Assembly: GCA_030704615.1 (NCBI GenBank)
Contig: CM060732.1
Location: 53,444,001-53,508,000, forward strand
Source of the DNA: Takakia lepidozioides
Taxonomy: Eukaryota; Plantae; Bryophyta
Direction of reading: 5' to 3'
DNA length: 64,000 nucleotides
Part shown: positions 38,455 through 51,366 of the stretch, piece after piece
Layout of the letters: each line of letters opens with the position of its first letter
How positions within the stretch are numbered: position 1 is the first letter of the stretch
Notes under the pieces: generated by a model
Database searches by the model: none
The model's input: the letters and a program-made list of their open reading frames with translations, nothing else
What the model was told of the DNA's origin: nothing
Made by a program: the position numbers and the translations under genes

Positions 38455-39585
38455 GATGGAGAGAATGTACTCACAAGGCAAAGGGACAGAAACTACCTTT
38501 GTCAGGGACTGACGGCGGTAGTATGGTAGTATGACTTACCTTAGAACAGACAATCGATCCAAGTTTTCCACATATCCTCTAGAAATCCCTTTGCACAAGC
38601 ATCAATCTGCTTTGTGTAGTTTGCACAATAACTAGGCCCCAAAAGGGCCTGAGCTTTTGGCTCAGCCTCGAGATTTCCAAAGTTGGTAAATAGAGGGGCA
38701 CCAATTCTTTCATGGATTTGAAGAGGGCATCTCTCTGGTGAGACAATGAATCAGGAAATGAATGCTGTCTTCAGGCATTTGCAACAGCCATTTGCAATCC
38801 CCCTTTCCTCTCTGCTTCTGTTTGCTGTTCAAAGGTAGGCTTCCCACCCTGAATTTAATTTTCAGTCTAGTGCCAAGAGTGGGTAAACCCTTGAGGTCAT
38901 CCATGATGGCCTCCCCCAGACTGGAAACAATATGGAGATGGAGAGAATGTACTCATAAGACATTGTTTGCCGTAGCCTTGTGGCTATTGAGATGGAGATT
39001 GAGAGAGAAAGAGGGCAACCACATCAAACTCACTCACCAGTCCATGCAAATGTTCTTACTGTACTCCCTGCTGGATGCAAATCATGTAGAAGGTTGCGGA
39101 GTTTCATGTGTATGGTAAGAGACTTCACCAGAATTTTGGCACACTCAACACAATCTGGTTATCAGGACTAGTGTGTGGATTTATGGTCTCACGTCAACAT
39201 TCGAGTCCAGAGCCCGGGACTGCTCCTGTAGCATGCATCCATTGGGACAAGTAGCTCTGCTTGCAGTGCTGGTGACACTAAAGAGGATAATAACTGGACT
39301 TTCTATTTAGTCCATAGACCACAGTTGAACTACGGAGAGAGAGAGAGAATGTACTCATAAGACGTTTGCCGTAGCCTTGTGGCCATTGACCCTGTGCCCA
39401 GTTTGAGCAGAAACAAAATGGACAAAACCTACCTCTGTCAAGGGCTGAGGTTGGTAGTAAGACTTACCTTCATATATGGAATTAATCCCGGTTTTCCAGA
39501 TATCCTAGAAATCCCTTCACACAAGCATCAATCCCATGTGTGAGATTTGCCCAAAAACTAGGCCTCAGAGAGAGAGAGAGAGAGA
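38455..39585 (-). mobile_element. Cluster of three 3' copies/tails of the (CT)n-tailed LINE (~38455-38930, 38935-38990, 39335-39570)
   Basis: GAGAATGTACTCA(T)AAG tails; LKIKFRVGSLPLNSKQKQRGKGDC...PEDSIHFLIHC; (GA)n on both sides of the third copy. Confidence 0.8.
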
Positions 39586-40334
39586 AATAACTGTAGCTAG
39601 AGACCCTCCTTTCCAGGTCACAGCCAGATGTGCAGGGTCTGCTCCAAGCTCAAAGGTTTGGTAGAAGGAAAGATATGAAAAAATGCATCCAATGAGCTGA
39701 TGTAAGATTTAGACCTGAGCAAAAGAATCTCCTACATCTTTGCAGCATATGTGAAGACAGATTATGTCTCTTCTAATACATGCAGCATCATGCCACCAGA
39801 GGTGAGGAGCTAATTATAGTACATACCAGGAAATATCCACTTCAACCGAACAGTCTTCAGTGACCCGACAAAACAACTGACCCATGCAATCAGAGGACAA
39901 GTGCTTATGGCAACACAAATGAAAGTCTGATATTCCATCACAACAACAGAGAACAATCACATCTGAGTGCTTGCACTGAATGCCCATCAGCAAGGTTATG
40001 ACTACAATGTCCTCGTCTTTTGATAGTGTGCTACTACATGGAAACTCATAGAGAAGACTTCCATCTCCTCCCAGCACAAGTTTTCGGGCCCTCATGGCCT
40101 TCATTGGGAGGTACATCATGTGTCTGTCCATTCCCCTTCTGCACTACAGCTCACACCCCTTCACTGTTCACCAATCTGTCTTACCAAAGCAAGAAAAAAA
40201 AACAGCTGAGACCATTGTGTTATTCTTTCAGGGACAAGCTTCGTCTTCAACATCTCTCTCTCTTGCAACGTATCCCCCCACAACCCCCCCCCCCCCAACT
40301 CCTCTCTCCCGCTCTCTTGCTCGATCAAGCCCCC

Positions 40335-40460
40335 CAACTGGAGTGAGCCCTTTCTGTTCCCTCTTGTTCTGCCCAAACTGGACACGGGTTCTATGGCCGC
40401 AAGGGTACAACGGCACACAACATCTCATGAGTACATTCTTTCTCCCTCTCTCCCTCTCTC
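40335..40460 (+). mobile_element. 3' copy of the (CT)n-tailed LINE
   Basis: CTGGAGTGAGCCCT...GGCCGCAAGG...CATCTCATGAGTACATTCTTCTCCCTCTC. Confidence 0.7.
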
Positions 40461-40517
40461 CAACACAGCTGAAATCAAATTGCAGGGCTAACCATGGCAT
40501 TAAAAGGCTTGGGGCAT

Positions 40518-43500
40518 TCAATGCGCCAGTCGCGTAAGGGTCCCCTTTCCAATGTCTCCTCGCCGCAGAGCCTGACCCACCTCTGAATCAAAATCGGCCA
40601 CAGACAGCTGCCAAAATGAACATGCAGGAAGAGCATGAGACAGTGTATCTGAGGTCATGGGAATTCTTCAGTAATTAGAACAAGCGGCATCAAAATGCTG
40701 GATTCAATAGGAAGTTTCTCAGTTTACTTTTGGATGCATGATTTTAGCTCATCATCAACACATCTGATATATCCAACTATCTGCATGGGGCGATGGGAGA
40801 GGAATCACTGTCCCTGTTCCAAAGTAATAGCACTAGACTAATACAACTGCCCAGTGTAAAACCATGTTTGGCAGCCTTGTCCAAGAAGAGGAATCAGAAC
40901 TTCGTGTAGTGATGGAGACCTGTACATTTCTCGTATTTCTCTTCAGTCTCTATCTCTGTCTCAACCCCAAAGTAATGCCATCAAACCAACCTGGAGCAGG
41001 GGAGTACAAGGGATGCACTCTATCTCATCACCTCTAGGAACTACAGCTTTCCATAAATGTACAATGACAGGTCACTTTTACCACACCACATATATATACA
41101 CACCGAAAGAGTCGTTTCGTGCTTCCACTTCAAAAGAACAAGTCTGAGTGGGAAAGGGATTACTGCAACGGTACTAACCCTCTCACTGTTCCGTAGAATG
41201 TACTCATAAGTATGTACTCTAATGTTCCATAGAGAATAACATAAAGCAACGATACTTCACAGCACCAGCCACATGCTGGCTTCACAGTTCTCTTCTGGGA
41301 CATGTTACAGCAAAATGCCCTAGATTGTTCTCCTTGCCACACAAGCTGCACATATTACATTTCTCTTCCTATCAAACAAGCCAGAAAAGACTTCAATCTT
41401 GAGCTGTGAAACACTGCTGACCTGCAGAGCAGGTTTTGGCAAACCCCGAACAGATCCTCCGTCCAAAGATGAGTAGACAATAGGCCTCTCTGCAACAGCA
41501 ATGCAAAGGTTACATCAGTGGTAGCCAACCTTCAACTAGCTATGTTATGCACTTAAATCTGCCATTGGATACTAGTGACTTGAGTAATAGAGAGAGAGGG
41601 CTGGAAGTAAACTCAGAAACAAAATCTAAGAGCAACATCCAGTTCCAAATTTCAGCTGTATAGACCAACATAGTTCTCACCTGCTTCCTCTAGCAGAGCA
41701 TCATTCAAAGCATTCATAACAACCGTCCACCCTGAAAACAACATTGGAACAACCACCAGGGTAAGGGTTTATCCAAAGAATGTACTCATAAGACGTTGTT
41801 TGCCGTAGCCTTGTGGCCATAGACCCTGCACCCAGTTTGGGCTGAACAGAAAGGACCAGGACCTACCTTTGTGAGGGGCTCACTCTGGTAGTGAGACTTC
41901 CCTTGGTATTAACAATTAGTTCGGGCCTTCCAGACAAGCCCTTCACACAAGCATCAGTCTGCTGTGTACGAGCAGCCCAAAAGTTAGAACCTGTTTTTAG
42001 ATGAAACCAACGAAGTTAGGCACAAAACGTCCCTGAACTTGTTTCCAGTCTGTGACATGGGTGAGGACCTTAACGATGATCTCAAACCCTTGGCACTAGA
42101 ATGAAATTCAAACTCGGGCCGGGAAGCCTACCTTGGAACAATAGACAGATGCAGAGAGGAAGAGGAGATTGTAATTTGCGGATGTGCGGGCAACCTGAAG
42201 GCAATACCCATTTCTGCCCGGGATATTCTTACCAGAGATTGACAATGTCCGGCACCTCTGTCCACCAACTTTCAAAATCTTGAGGCTGAGCCTAAAGCTC
42301 TGGCCCTGCTGGTGTCACCTATCATGAATGTGTGACGACACTCTAATCAAATTGACATGAGGTAAACTCCCCTTTCTTTCACAGACGCCCAGGGACAGAC
42401 AGACACAAAAGGACCTTGATAATAAAGCGCCACCATAATGGAAGGATTTCTGGGCAACTCACGTTCATTCATGAGATTGGCAGCCTCGTCAGCATTGAAT
42501 CCACTAATCAACTCTGCAGTCTGTATGGCTGGAGATGCCTCATTGATCCCGCTGGTGACAGTAGATCCACCACTGGGCATACGTTTATCGGGTGAAATGC
42601 CTCCCCCACTTCTGCCCAATTTCTCTCCACTATCTCCCCCCAAGCTGTTTGCCCTATCCAAGCGATCTAATTGGACACAAGGGTAACACTATTAGTGATA
42701 TTCTTCCTCCCTTACTCTCCCCACAAACAAACTTACTTTGACTCCATGATTACAAGGAGGAAAATTAACAGATGAATACTGACGTACACAGGTCTATAAA
42801 TTAAGACCCAGACCGGTGACTGATCTCAAACCACCATTCACATTTCAAACAAAAAACTTGTTGAAATTGTTAAACTCTCTCAGAAGTAGAAGTTTTGCAA
42901 TCAGAGCGATCGTGGACTAACCTCTTGAGTTCCGGCGGTTGGATCTATTTCTGCAGAATCCCAAGCTTACTAAAGTCAGTTGTCACCATGGAAATCTTCA
43001 GGAACTGCAACTTTACTATCAAGCTTTGATGATCTCAAACCTCTAGGATTGTCACTAAAGCAACTAGAACCTGGCAACTGTTAGGGGACAGTCTTCCAGA
43101 ATCTTGTTACTGCTTTTGGTACAAATTCGGCCCATATAATACCTGTTAACAACACAAAATTCGAAGCATTGATGCAATAGAATCCTGTAAGTGTCATATT
43201 CATAAACATTAACTGAGAAAACCCTAAAGTTGCACAGCTAGCAGGTTATCACCTTCGAGGGACAGCGTTGTTGGACAAAATTGCGTCGAGTAATACTATG
43301 TGCACCACTATCGCCCCTCACACATTCCTAACCAGTTTTTTCTTCTAGGAATCTACATATACGCAAGCTCTTTGTAGCAAGGGCGAGGGCACCTACATGC
43401 ACTAAAGGGCAGCAAGCATTTGCACTTAGAACAAATGCAGTAGCCCTGCGACCATTAACCTTGAATATAACTGATCCTAACAGGATGAACATCTCTGTCA

Positions 43501-43911
43501 GGTGCCAAAGCAAAGCCCGCTCACAACCAACAGTCCATCCACTCACATACGCTGCAGCTGCGGAAAAGAGGGAGAAAGAGAGAGGCAGACAGAGAGCAGA
43601 AGTGGGAAACTAAGTTTTAAGATAGAGGAACACCTCACTAACTACTTCAAGAGCCAAACACTTTCTTCGGGAGCTAGGCTTCCTTTCCATCTGTTTTCTC
43701 AGAAAACGATCCGGCACCCGATCAAAACTCGCATAATTCTTCCCAGCTTCAACTCAACATTCATTCCATTTCTTTACTCACTGTTTTCGTGTACATGTCT
43801 GAGACAAAAAGTGAGGAGAGGAATGATCGACATACATCAAAAATTGGACAAAAAGACATACCTGAAAGAAGAGTTCTGCCGCTTCAGGACATCGCCACCG
43901 CCTTCCTGCAT
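40518..43911 (-). CDS. Hypothetical 201-aa protein, 9 exons: 43911-43862, 43557-43551, 43327-43253, 43142-43111, 42950-42922, 42666-42463, 41731-41681, 41489-41422, 40607-40518
   Basis: All eight introns are GT-AG and the phases chain into one 606-nt frame ending in TGA. C-terminus GFNADEAANLMNERWTVVMNALNDALLEEAERPIVYSSLDGGSVRGLPKPALQLSVADFDSEVGQALRR. Family not recognised. Confidence 0.6.
41777..42311 (-). mobile_element. Intronic non-L1 LINE copy with a twin-priming-type 5' inversion
   Basis: The sense part 41991-41777 continues the element directly from the end of the inverted part 41992-42311 (...GCCCTGCTGG|GGTTCTAAC...). Confidence 0.82.
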
Positions 43912-44342
43912 CTCCCTCCCTCTCTCCCTCTCTGTACTGTTCCTAATCAGTCAGTTGAAGCTACTGACCACGGAATTCTACTACAGCGCCCTCCGCAAGC
44001 CTAAGAACGTGAGCATCCACGAACATTAGGAAGCATAGTCAGAAACGAGATGATTTCTAGATGATAAACCTACCGAGCACTGGAATCTATTGCTCAATGC
44101 ATTCCTGTGTAACTGTAGTTAGAGAGGCGCAAAGCCCCGGCACCTAGCGGCTAGTGCGGGCATGATAGTGGGGCAGTGACAGTGGCTGTGTGAGCGCCAT
44201 GTTGCTCTGCTCTACTGGCGCGCCTTTCCTCCCCCCACTTATTTTAAACCGCGCTGCAATGCTATTATATATATTATACATGCCAGGACACTGGGACAGC
44301 TCACTTCTCAGATTTGTTTCTTCTTAAAAACTATACTATTTG

Positions 44343-45261
44343 TTTTTTTTTTTTTTTTTTTTTTTTTGGTTTGAACAGGGATGAGGCCCTGGAAACTTTA
44401 ATCTGATTATTAGAGGGAAAGAAATTAAAACCCTCAATTACGCCATTAGGCACCCTAGTCAGTGAAGGGGGGATCCTGCTACTCTTCATAGTATAGTTCG
44501 AAGCCTGGTGCCTTAAACACGTATTTAAGCCGAAAGATCAGAGGTACTTAGTACTACTATTATACGTATCCACGAAATCCTGCAGGGCGCAATCGTAAGC
44601 TGTCTGCTACCTAGCATTTTTTTTGGAGAAAGGGGAGGAAGCCGTTTGGAGCTTTATTATAATTATTGAAGAGAAAAAAATTAAAACCCTTAGTGTGCCC
44701 GAAGGCTGCCATAAGGCTGTTCACACGGAACCGTGCAGGATAACTTAGAACGGTGCTACTCTCTTTCCATACCGGAAGACTCCGAAATCATTGGGCCAAA
44801 TGAAGGCGGATCGACCACTACCAGTGCATGGATCCCCGCACCAGGGTCAAGAAATTGAGCTCATTGCATGAGCCATAGATCGGGAGACAAATCTTAAGAA
44901 AAAGAAGGGAGAGTAATGAGTGGAGAAGGAGGAGAGGAAGGGAAGGGATATTAAGGAGGGTGAGATGTGGGAGGTTTTTTAACCAGTAGAGGTCGTGGAG
45001 GAGGCCCTGACATGCTTCCAATTAATATCTGAGCAGTCCTACTCCGGGGACGCTGAAAAGGCCGGATCTGAACCCCTGCCAGCATTAAGGAGGTCGGACC
45101 GCCTATTTGTTTCTTCTTAGAACACTGAATACGGTGTGTGTGCCTGCCTTATGGTGTAATGGGGGTTTTAATTTTTTTTCCCCACAATAATTTATAATAA
45201 ATTTTATCAAGGCTAGAAACCCACTGTTATGTAAAAAATTGAAAAAAAAAAAAAAAAAAAA
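44343..45261. mobile_element. Three stacked L1-like 3' ends: ~44343-44560 (-), ~44617-45030 (-), ~45120-45261 (+)
   Basis: Poly(T) at 44343-44368 and 44617-44624, poly(A) at 45242-45261. Each carries the shared GGGTTTTAATTTnTTTCnC motif. Confidence 0.75.
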
Positions 45262-48200
45262 CTTAGTACTTTAGTTCAAAATAAGTTCAAATACTTAGGG
45301 GAGGAGAGCTCTATAGTTTGCGGTTAGAAAGGGCTGGGGACTTAAGAATGTTTCCCCAACACGCCTTGGTCTCTACTGTCTCCCCCGGGTGAAAGCACTC
45401 TCCAACTGCTTCAGTTTGAAGCCTTACTCTCCCAGATGTGGGAATCTTTCAACATTGTTTCTCTCCTTCTATCTATTACCTTCCAACGTTGGGTTAGTCT
45501 TATACTTGCGTTAGCGCAAGCATAATTTTCAGCCCTCTAGACCGACTCATGTGGACCCCTCCAATGGCATTCGGCAATTTAGGAGCATGTTCCTTAATTG
45601 AGTAATCAGCCTGCACACAATGATCGTTCGAATTCAAAACTTCCTTTAAATGTTGAACAACATGTTGTCGCAATGTTAGTGGACATTTCAGCTTTTTTTA
45701 GATACACAATTGTGTCGAAAATACAATCGTCTGGAGCAAATTTATAATGTTGTATGCAGATCAAATTCAAAGAACCTAAAACTAAGTCTATGTCGTTAAC
45801 TACGGAAACCATATCGTGTATGCATTATATTCTAATAATTTCATGAATTTGTGTGAGACAAACAATGAATTTCTTAAACATAAAACAATGCACTATTGGC
45901 GCATGGCTAATTGCTGAATGTTTATTGCTTATAGCTAATTGCTCAAGAGTATTCACGATCAATACATGAACGTAGGATGATACAAGTTGTTGATCACCAA
46001 AACATCAAAACATTGAAAACATAAAGCCACCGTTATTTTATTTCTATACAACCCAAATTACATAGAACTGTATAGAAAAACAACATGTATTACTACATTT
46101 GCAACATACTAATCATCTCCATCTGGGTGTCTTAACATGCTACCATAATTACAATGTTGATCTGGCTATCATCACCAAGTTCACTGTATGCGACTGAGGC
46201 ATCAGCATGACTAATACTGTAAATACCGTCGACACAAATATCTCGAAGTTCTTTTAATAATTGGCCTTTAGGAAGTTTCATAAGATCGGATCCTGGAATT
46301 TTCAAAACAGCTTGAATCTAGTTATTGGAGCGTCCTTCTCATATGCAGATTGGGTTAGTATGGTACCAAAAGGTTCGAGGAGGGGTCTATACGATATGAA
46401 CTTGATGCAAATGACCGGAAAGTCTTTGATAATTTTATCAAGGACAAATATATATTTTTTAAATTAAGTTACTAGATTTATTTTTATTTTTAAATGAATA
46501 AACTTGATATGATATAAAAACATACATATACATATTTGAGGATATTTTTTATTGATTGAAAAGAAGAATATACCTACAGAAGGGGGTATTTTTTTAATTA
46601 TAAATTTTTGTATATTTACATGAGAGTGTTTATAATCTTCAAAAAGTATGTACAGAGGGGGTATAAATTATCCAAGCACCCAAATATAGGGGGTTTTTTT
46701 ATTAATCGACGAACGCACATGGTACGTACATTTCTCGTGAGACAGACGTTTGAAATGAAAGTATTATTTTTGGTCCTGTTGAAATTCATCGCCAAACTAG
46801 TCTTCACTTGGTTAGGTTTAAGAAATTGGTGCACTGCCAAGTCCCTTAGAGGTACAAAGGCCAAAGGTCCTACTAGGAGGCCCATTACTGAACAAGATTT
46901 TCAATAAGGACTGCCTCTTGTTGCAGCTAACTGCCAGAACAGAGTATCTTGGCATATACTTTCTGAATAAAGCCGATTCATGACACGTCTTCAATACAAA
47001 ACTCCATGAGCAAGTGTCATTTTGTTTTTCTTTCCATCTCTAGTATAAATTATATTGTGGGGAGTATCACTAGAAGGAAAACGCGGAATAACCACTCTGT
47101 CAACCACTCATTTTGCGTGGTAAAAGACATTAAACCACTCTGGCCCTAGAGTGATGAAGAACCAGTGGATTAGGACAAGTGAGTGGTAAAAAACATTACG
47201 TGGCATCAGTGGTTAAGGACAGTGTTCGAACCACTCACGTCCAGGTCCACATGTTCGCTGATATGTCACAGTGGTAAATTAACCACTGTGACGTGTAAAC
47301 TCACCACTGTGACGTGTCAATGATGTGTCACTGAGGTAAACCAACCACTTCTGACGTGTCACAGTGGTAAACTAACGTGTCATAGTGGTAAAGTAACCAC
47401 TTCTGTTTTCCAGTGGACACGTGGAAGTCGGTGGTCCGTGGATGATATTGGAGATTATGTTGACACGTGGCGACACTCTCAGCATAGACACGTGTCATGT
47501 GTCGGTGCTACGAAATGGATGGAGTGAAAAATTCAATGACTTCCGAAACCTCTTGTTGAGTGATCGCGGAATGACTCACAGAGTCATTCTATGAAAACTG
47601 AGAATATACAATATCACTCAAACCGTGGTTAAGTGAGTGGATGAGGTCTCTCAGCAGGTCATTGGAATGATTATCCACATAGTGGTATGTAAGCTGTTTG
47701 AATCATCTATGGTGTCTAACAGAGTGGTGTGTAAGTGATTAGGAATACCACTGGAGGAATTCATATCACTAATACAGTAATATATAGGTGATTACTTATA
47801 CCACTATAGGAGTGAAAGAAGTACCATTGGGGATTCAAGCTCCACAAAATAAAATAAAATCCCAGAGAGTAAGTGCTGGAATACTGTCAACAAAATTCAG
47901 TCATGATAAAAGTCTGAGCCTAAATTCTACACGGCGTCTCCGCATGCATGCTAGGAACACTGAACTGTTTTTTTGCCTTCTTCTCATTGCCAGCAATGTC
48001 TACGTCCGGGCGAACGAAATTGTAAGCCCTCTTCATGGGTGAAAGTATGTTAATGTGTACCACTGACACTCCTGAAAAGGACTAAATTTTGACTGATGGC
48101 GTGTTACACCGCGGCGCATGGACATGACATGTTGCGATGAAAACGTGATGAAATTGACAGATGATAGTGGGCACCTCAACCCCATCCATCGGATGCTCGT

Positions 48201-49009
48201 ACACCCTCTTGTACACCTCCAATTTTGCTCGTATACCGCTAATTTTGAGTTTACGATACTAACTCGACTTCCGTTTGCCACCATTTGTTTTCCCCTCATC
48301 GCACCTAAGCCGGGTTTGGTGTGTTTGATGCCTACTTCAGTGCTGCAGATGCTCGTATAATTTTTAGGAGTTTATTTGATATGTTTTTAATTTTAAAATA
48401 ATTTACAATGAATGATACACTATTTGTAAGAACTCATTTTGGCCTCAAATTCAAAATTGGAGGACCTTGTAGCCATTTCAAGGACATGGCCTTCTTCCTT
48501 TTCAGTAGCTAAACACTTTTGGTGAAAGAACTATGTTCAAATTTTGAGGTTTAGAAGTACCAAAGTTTGGTGCCCCTAAGTTATGCATACCACGTAGTAG
48601 AAAATTCTTATGATAATGGGTTTTTCTGGTTTTGCAAGTCTACTATCATTTTTGCATTCTTCCATACCTTACATAAGCACATGAAAATCCTTGATAGGAC
48701 CTTTACATGTTATGGGTGTGAAAATGAGTCCTAAAGGACTACAACATTTTGGGACATTTGAACCTTGTGCTATTCAAGACTCTTTTAGGACCCCTTAAAC
48801 CTGTCAAATCACAAAAAAAATTGTATGGGCATGACAAGAACTTCAAGGGCTTTCCAATGATATAATGTGTATGTGGTTTCATATTGAACTCAATATCCTA
48901 AATTTGGATCGATTGCGCCATATGTGTTGGAAAACAGTTTGTGACATCCTTTTTGGGTCCTATTAGTGTGCTTTGACCTTCATGTTCTTCTCTGGCCAGG
49001 GCTGCCAGA

Positions 49010-49280
49010 CTCACATTTGATGTAGATGTACACCAGGGGAATGTTCAGAATGACATTTGGTACAATTCCAGCTTTGATAATGTCACCATGAACCTCTTTG
49101 GCCCTTCCCACGGTTGTTAGGCTCCCATATGCATATTACAAACACAAATGAACATGACCTAGTCTTGCTTCATCCCATCCCACATCATTTGCTCCTAGGT
49201 TTCCAAAGCCTTATCTCATACCCATGCTGCACATACATTTTAATCATGGCACTCCCAAACACCACATCTTGTTCAGCCAC
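49010..49280 (-). pseudogene. Captured PLS-class PPR motif fragment inside the CACTA
   Basis: EQDVVFGSAMIKMYVQHG..ALET*EQMMWDGMKQD*VMF...RAKEVHGDIIKAGIVPNVILNIPLVYIYIKC follows the P-L-S consensus. Confidence 0.8.
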
Positions 49281-50842
49281 CTCTCTTGATCCTCTTTCAG
49301 AAGTTGTGGTCATGGTTGAGGTGCCTGATTTTATCAACTATGTCGCTGCAGCTGCTACCTTTAGTTGACCATCTACCCATGCAGCAGGTTTCTTGTAGCT
49401 ATTGATCCACATGGAATCATAGGTAATCTGGAGCGTGAAGTCCGGCCCTCTTGGATGAATCTGGACCCAGACTCTATCCCTGCTCCTTCAGCTATCCACG
49501 CCGCTGCACAAATCATGTATACATCTTTGCCTTGCTGCTAGCACCTGACAATGACAGCCTAGATTTGCTCTAGGAAACCCCAACTCAACTTATCACTATA
49601 GTCAATTGCATCTGCTACTCTCTGTAATCCAACAGGCATTCACCTTTTTGCCTCGATTGTCTCACCATTGACTGGGGTCAAAAAAATATTTATTCCACAG
49701 CTTCTCCTCGTCTCAGCTGTTACCTGTTTCTGGATACTTCTCTGTTGTCACATTGGCAATACCATGTCAAAGTCACTCCAAACTATCAAAGGTTCACCCA
49801 ACCAGCTAACTTGCAGAATTCAACATGAAAATTTAGGGCCAATTCTGATAAGAAGGAAAAACAGGGTGAAAATGTGTTGAAGAAGGTACATTCATTAGCA
49901 GTGCCTGATTTTATCCATTGTGCCGCTGCTGTTGCGGCTTTCAGTTGACCATCTACCCATGCAGGTTTCTTGCAACTATTGATCCACAGGGAATTAGAGG
50001 TAATCGTGAGCTTGACGTCCCGCCCTCTTGGATGAATCAGGACCGGCCAGACTCTACCCCTACTCCCTCAGCTATCCAAGCTCTGCACAAATCATGCATA
50101 CATCCTTCCCTTGCTATTAGCGGTTGACAATGACAACCTACAATTGTTCTAGCAAACACCCAACCCTACTTATCACCCATGCAGAATTCAACATGCATCT
50201 CAAGGCCAAGTCTGATGAGAAGGCAAAACAGGCTGAACCGTGCCCTCACCACATTGTCCTTGACCCATGGAGCATTTGACCAACCATCAACCCAAAAGGA
50301 CCTGTTGTGTGTGTTGTTTGTCTATAGTCAGGTAATGTCGGATTGGTCTGTGAGAACCACCACGGTCCAGCTGAGCAGGCAGAGATTGAAACACGGCCTG
50401 CTAGCTGACTCTCCCAAGAATCTTGTAAACATTAGGAAGAATACCAAATCATGGTATTCACAAGAGTCAAGAGCCCACCTTTGCAGGATGGACGAACTTC
50501 TTCACATCGTACATTAAAAAAAGCCACGCCTGATGATTGCGGTTGTCCCACCATCGTGAAGGATCGGTATAAAACTCATGCAACCTCACATCACGAACGA
50601 GCTAACTTGCAGAATTCTACATGAAAATTTAGAGACTACTCTGGTAACAGGAAAAAACAGGGTGAAATGTGTTGAAGAAGGTACCTTCATGCCGCACGTT
50701 CAGCCATCTCCACATTGCCATGGATTCTGCAGGCACCAAGCAAGGCCTTCATTTTGCAAACATGTCGACCTCTTTCCCCTTTTCCAGAGCTGCCAGGTAG
50801 TGTTCAAAATGACATTAGGTACAATTCTAGCTTTGAACAAGG

Positions 50843-51366
50843 CACGGCCTGCTAAGACCAAGCTGACTCTCTCTCTTGCACCAACGAGCTAACTTACAGA
50901 TTTCAATATGCATATCAGGCCCGAGTCTGATAAGAGGGCAAAACAGGCTGAAATAGGTTGAAGAAGAAGGTGCCCTCACGGCCTGCTAAGACCAAACTGA
51001 CTCTCTCTCTAGCACCAACGAGCTAACTTACAGAATTCAATATGCATATCAGGCCCGAGTCTGATAAGAGGGCAAACAGGCTGAAATAGGTTGAAGAAGA
51101 AGGTGCCCTCACGGCCTGCTAAGACCAACCTGACTCTCTCTCTTGTACCAACGAGCTAACTTAACATAATTCAATATGCATATCAGGCCTGAGTCTGATA
51201 AGAGGGCAAAACAGGCTGAAATAGGTTGAAGAAGAAGGTGCCCTCACGGCCTGCTAAGACCAAGCTGACTCTCCCTCTCTTGCACCAACGAGCTAACTTA
51301 CAGAATTCAATATGCATATCAGGCCCGAGTCTGATAAGAGGGTAAAACAGGCTGAAATAGGTTGAA
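50843..51366. repeat. ~135-bp tandem array (about 4 units) inside the CACTA
   Basis: CACGGCCTGCTAAGACCAA.CTGACTCTCTC...GGCTGAAATAGGTTGAAGAAGAAGGTGCCCT recurs at ~50843, 50977, 51110 and 51245. Confidence 0.9.

Noticed and set aside
45606-46440. Possible OTU-protease or Helitron-like coding remnant (FAPDDCIFDTIVYL)
   Set aside because: A single weak motif with many stops and no supporting Rep/helicase motifs or termini.
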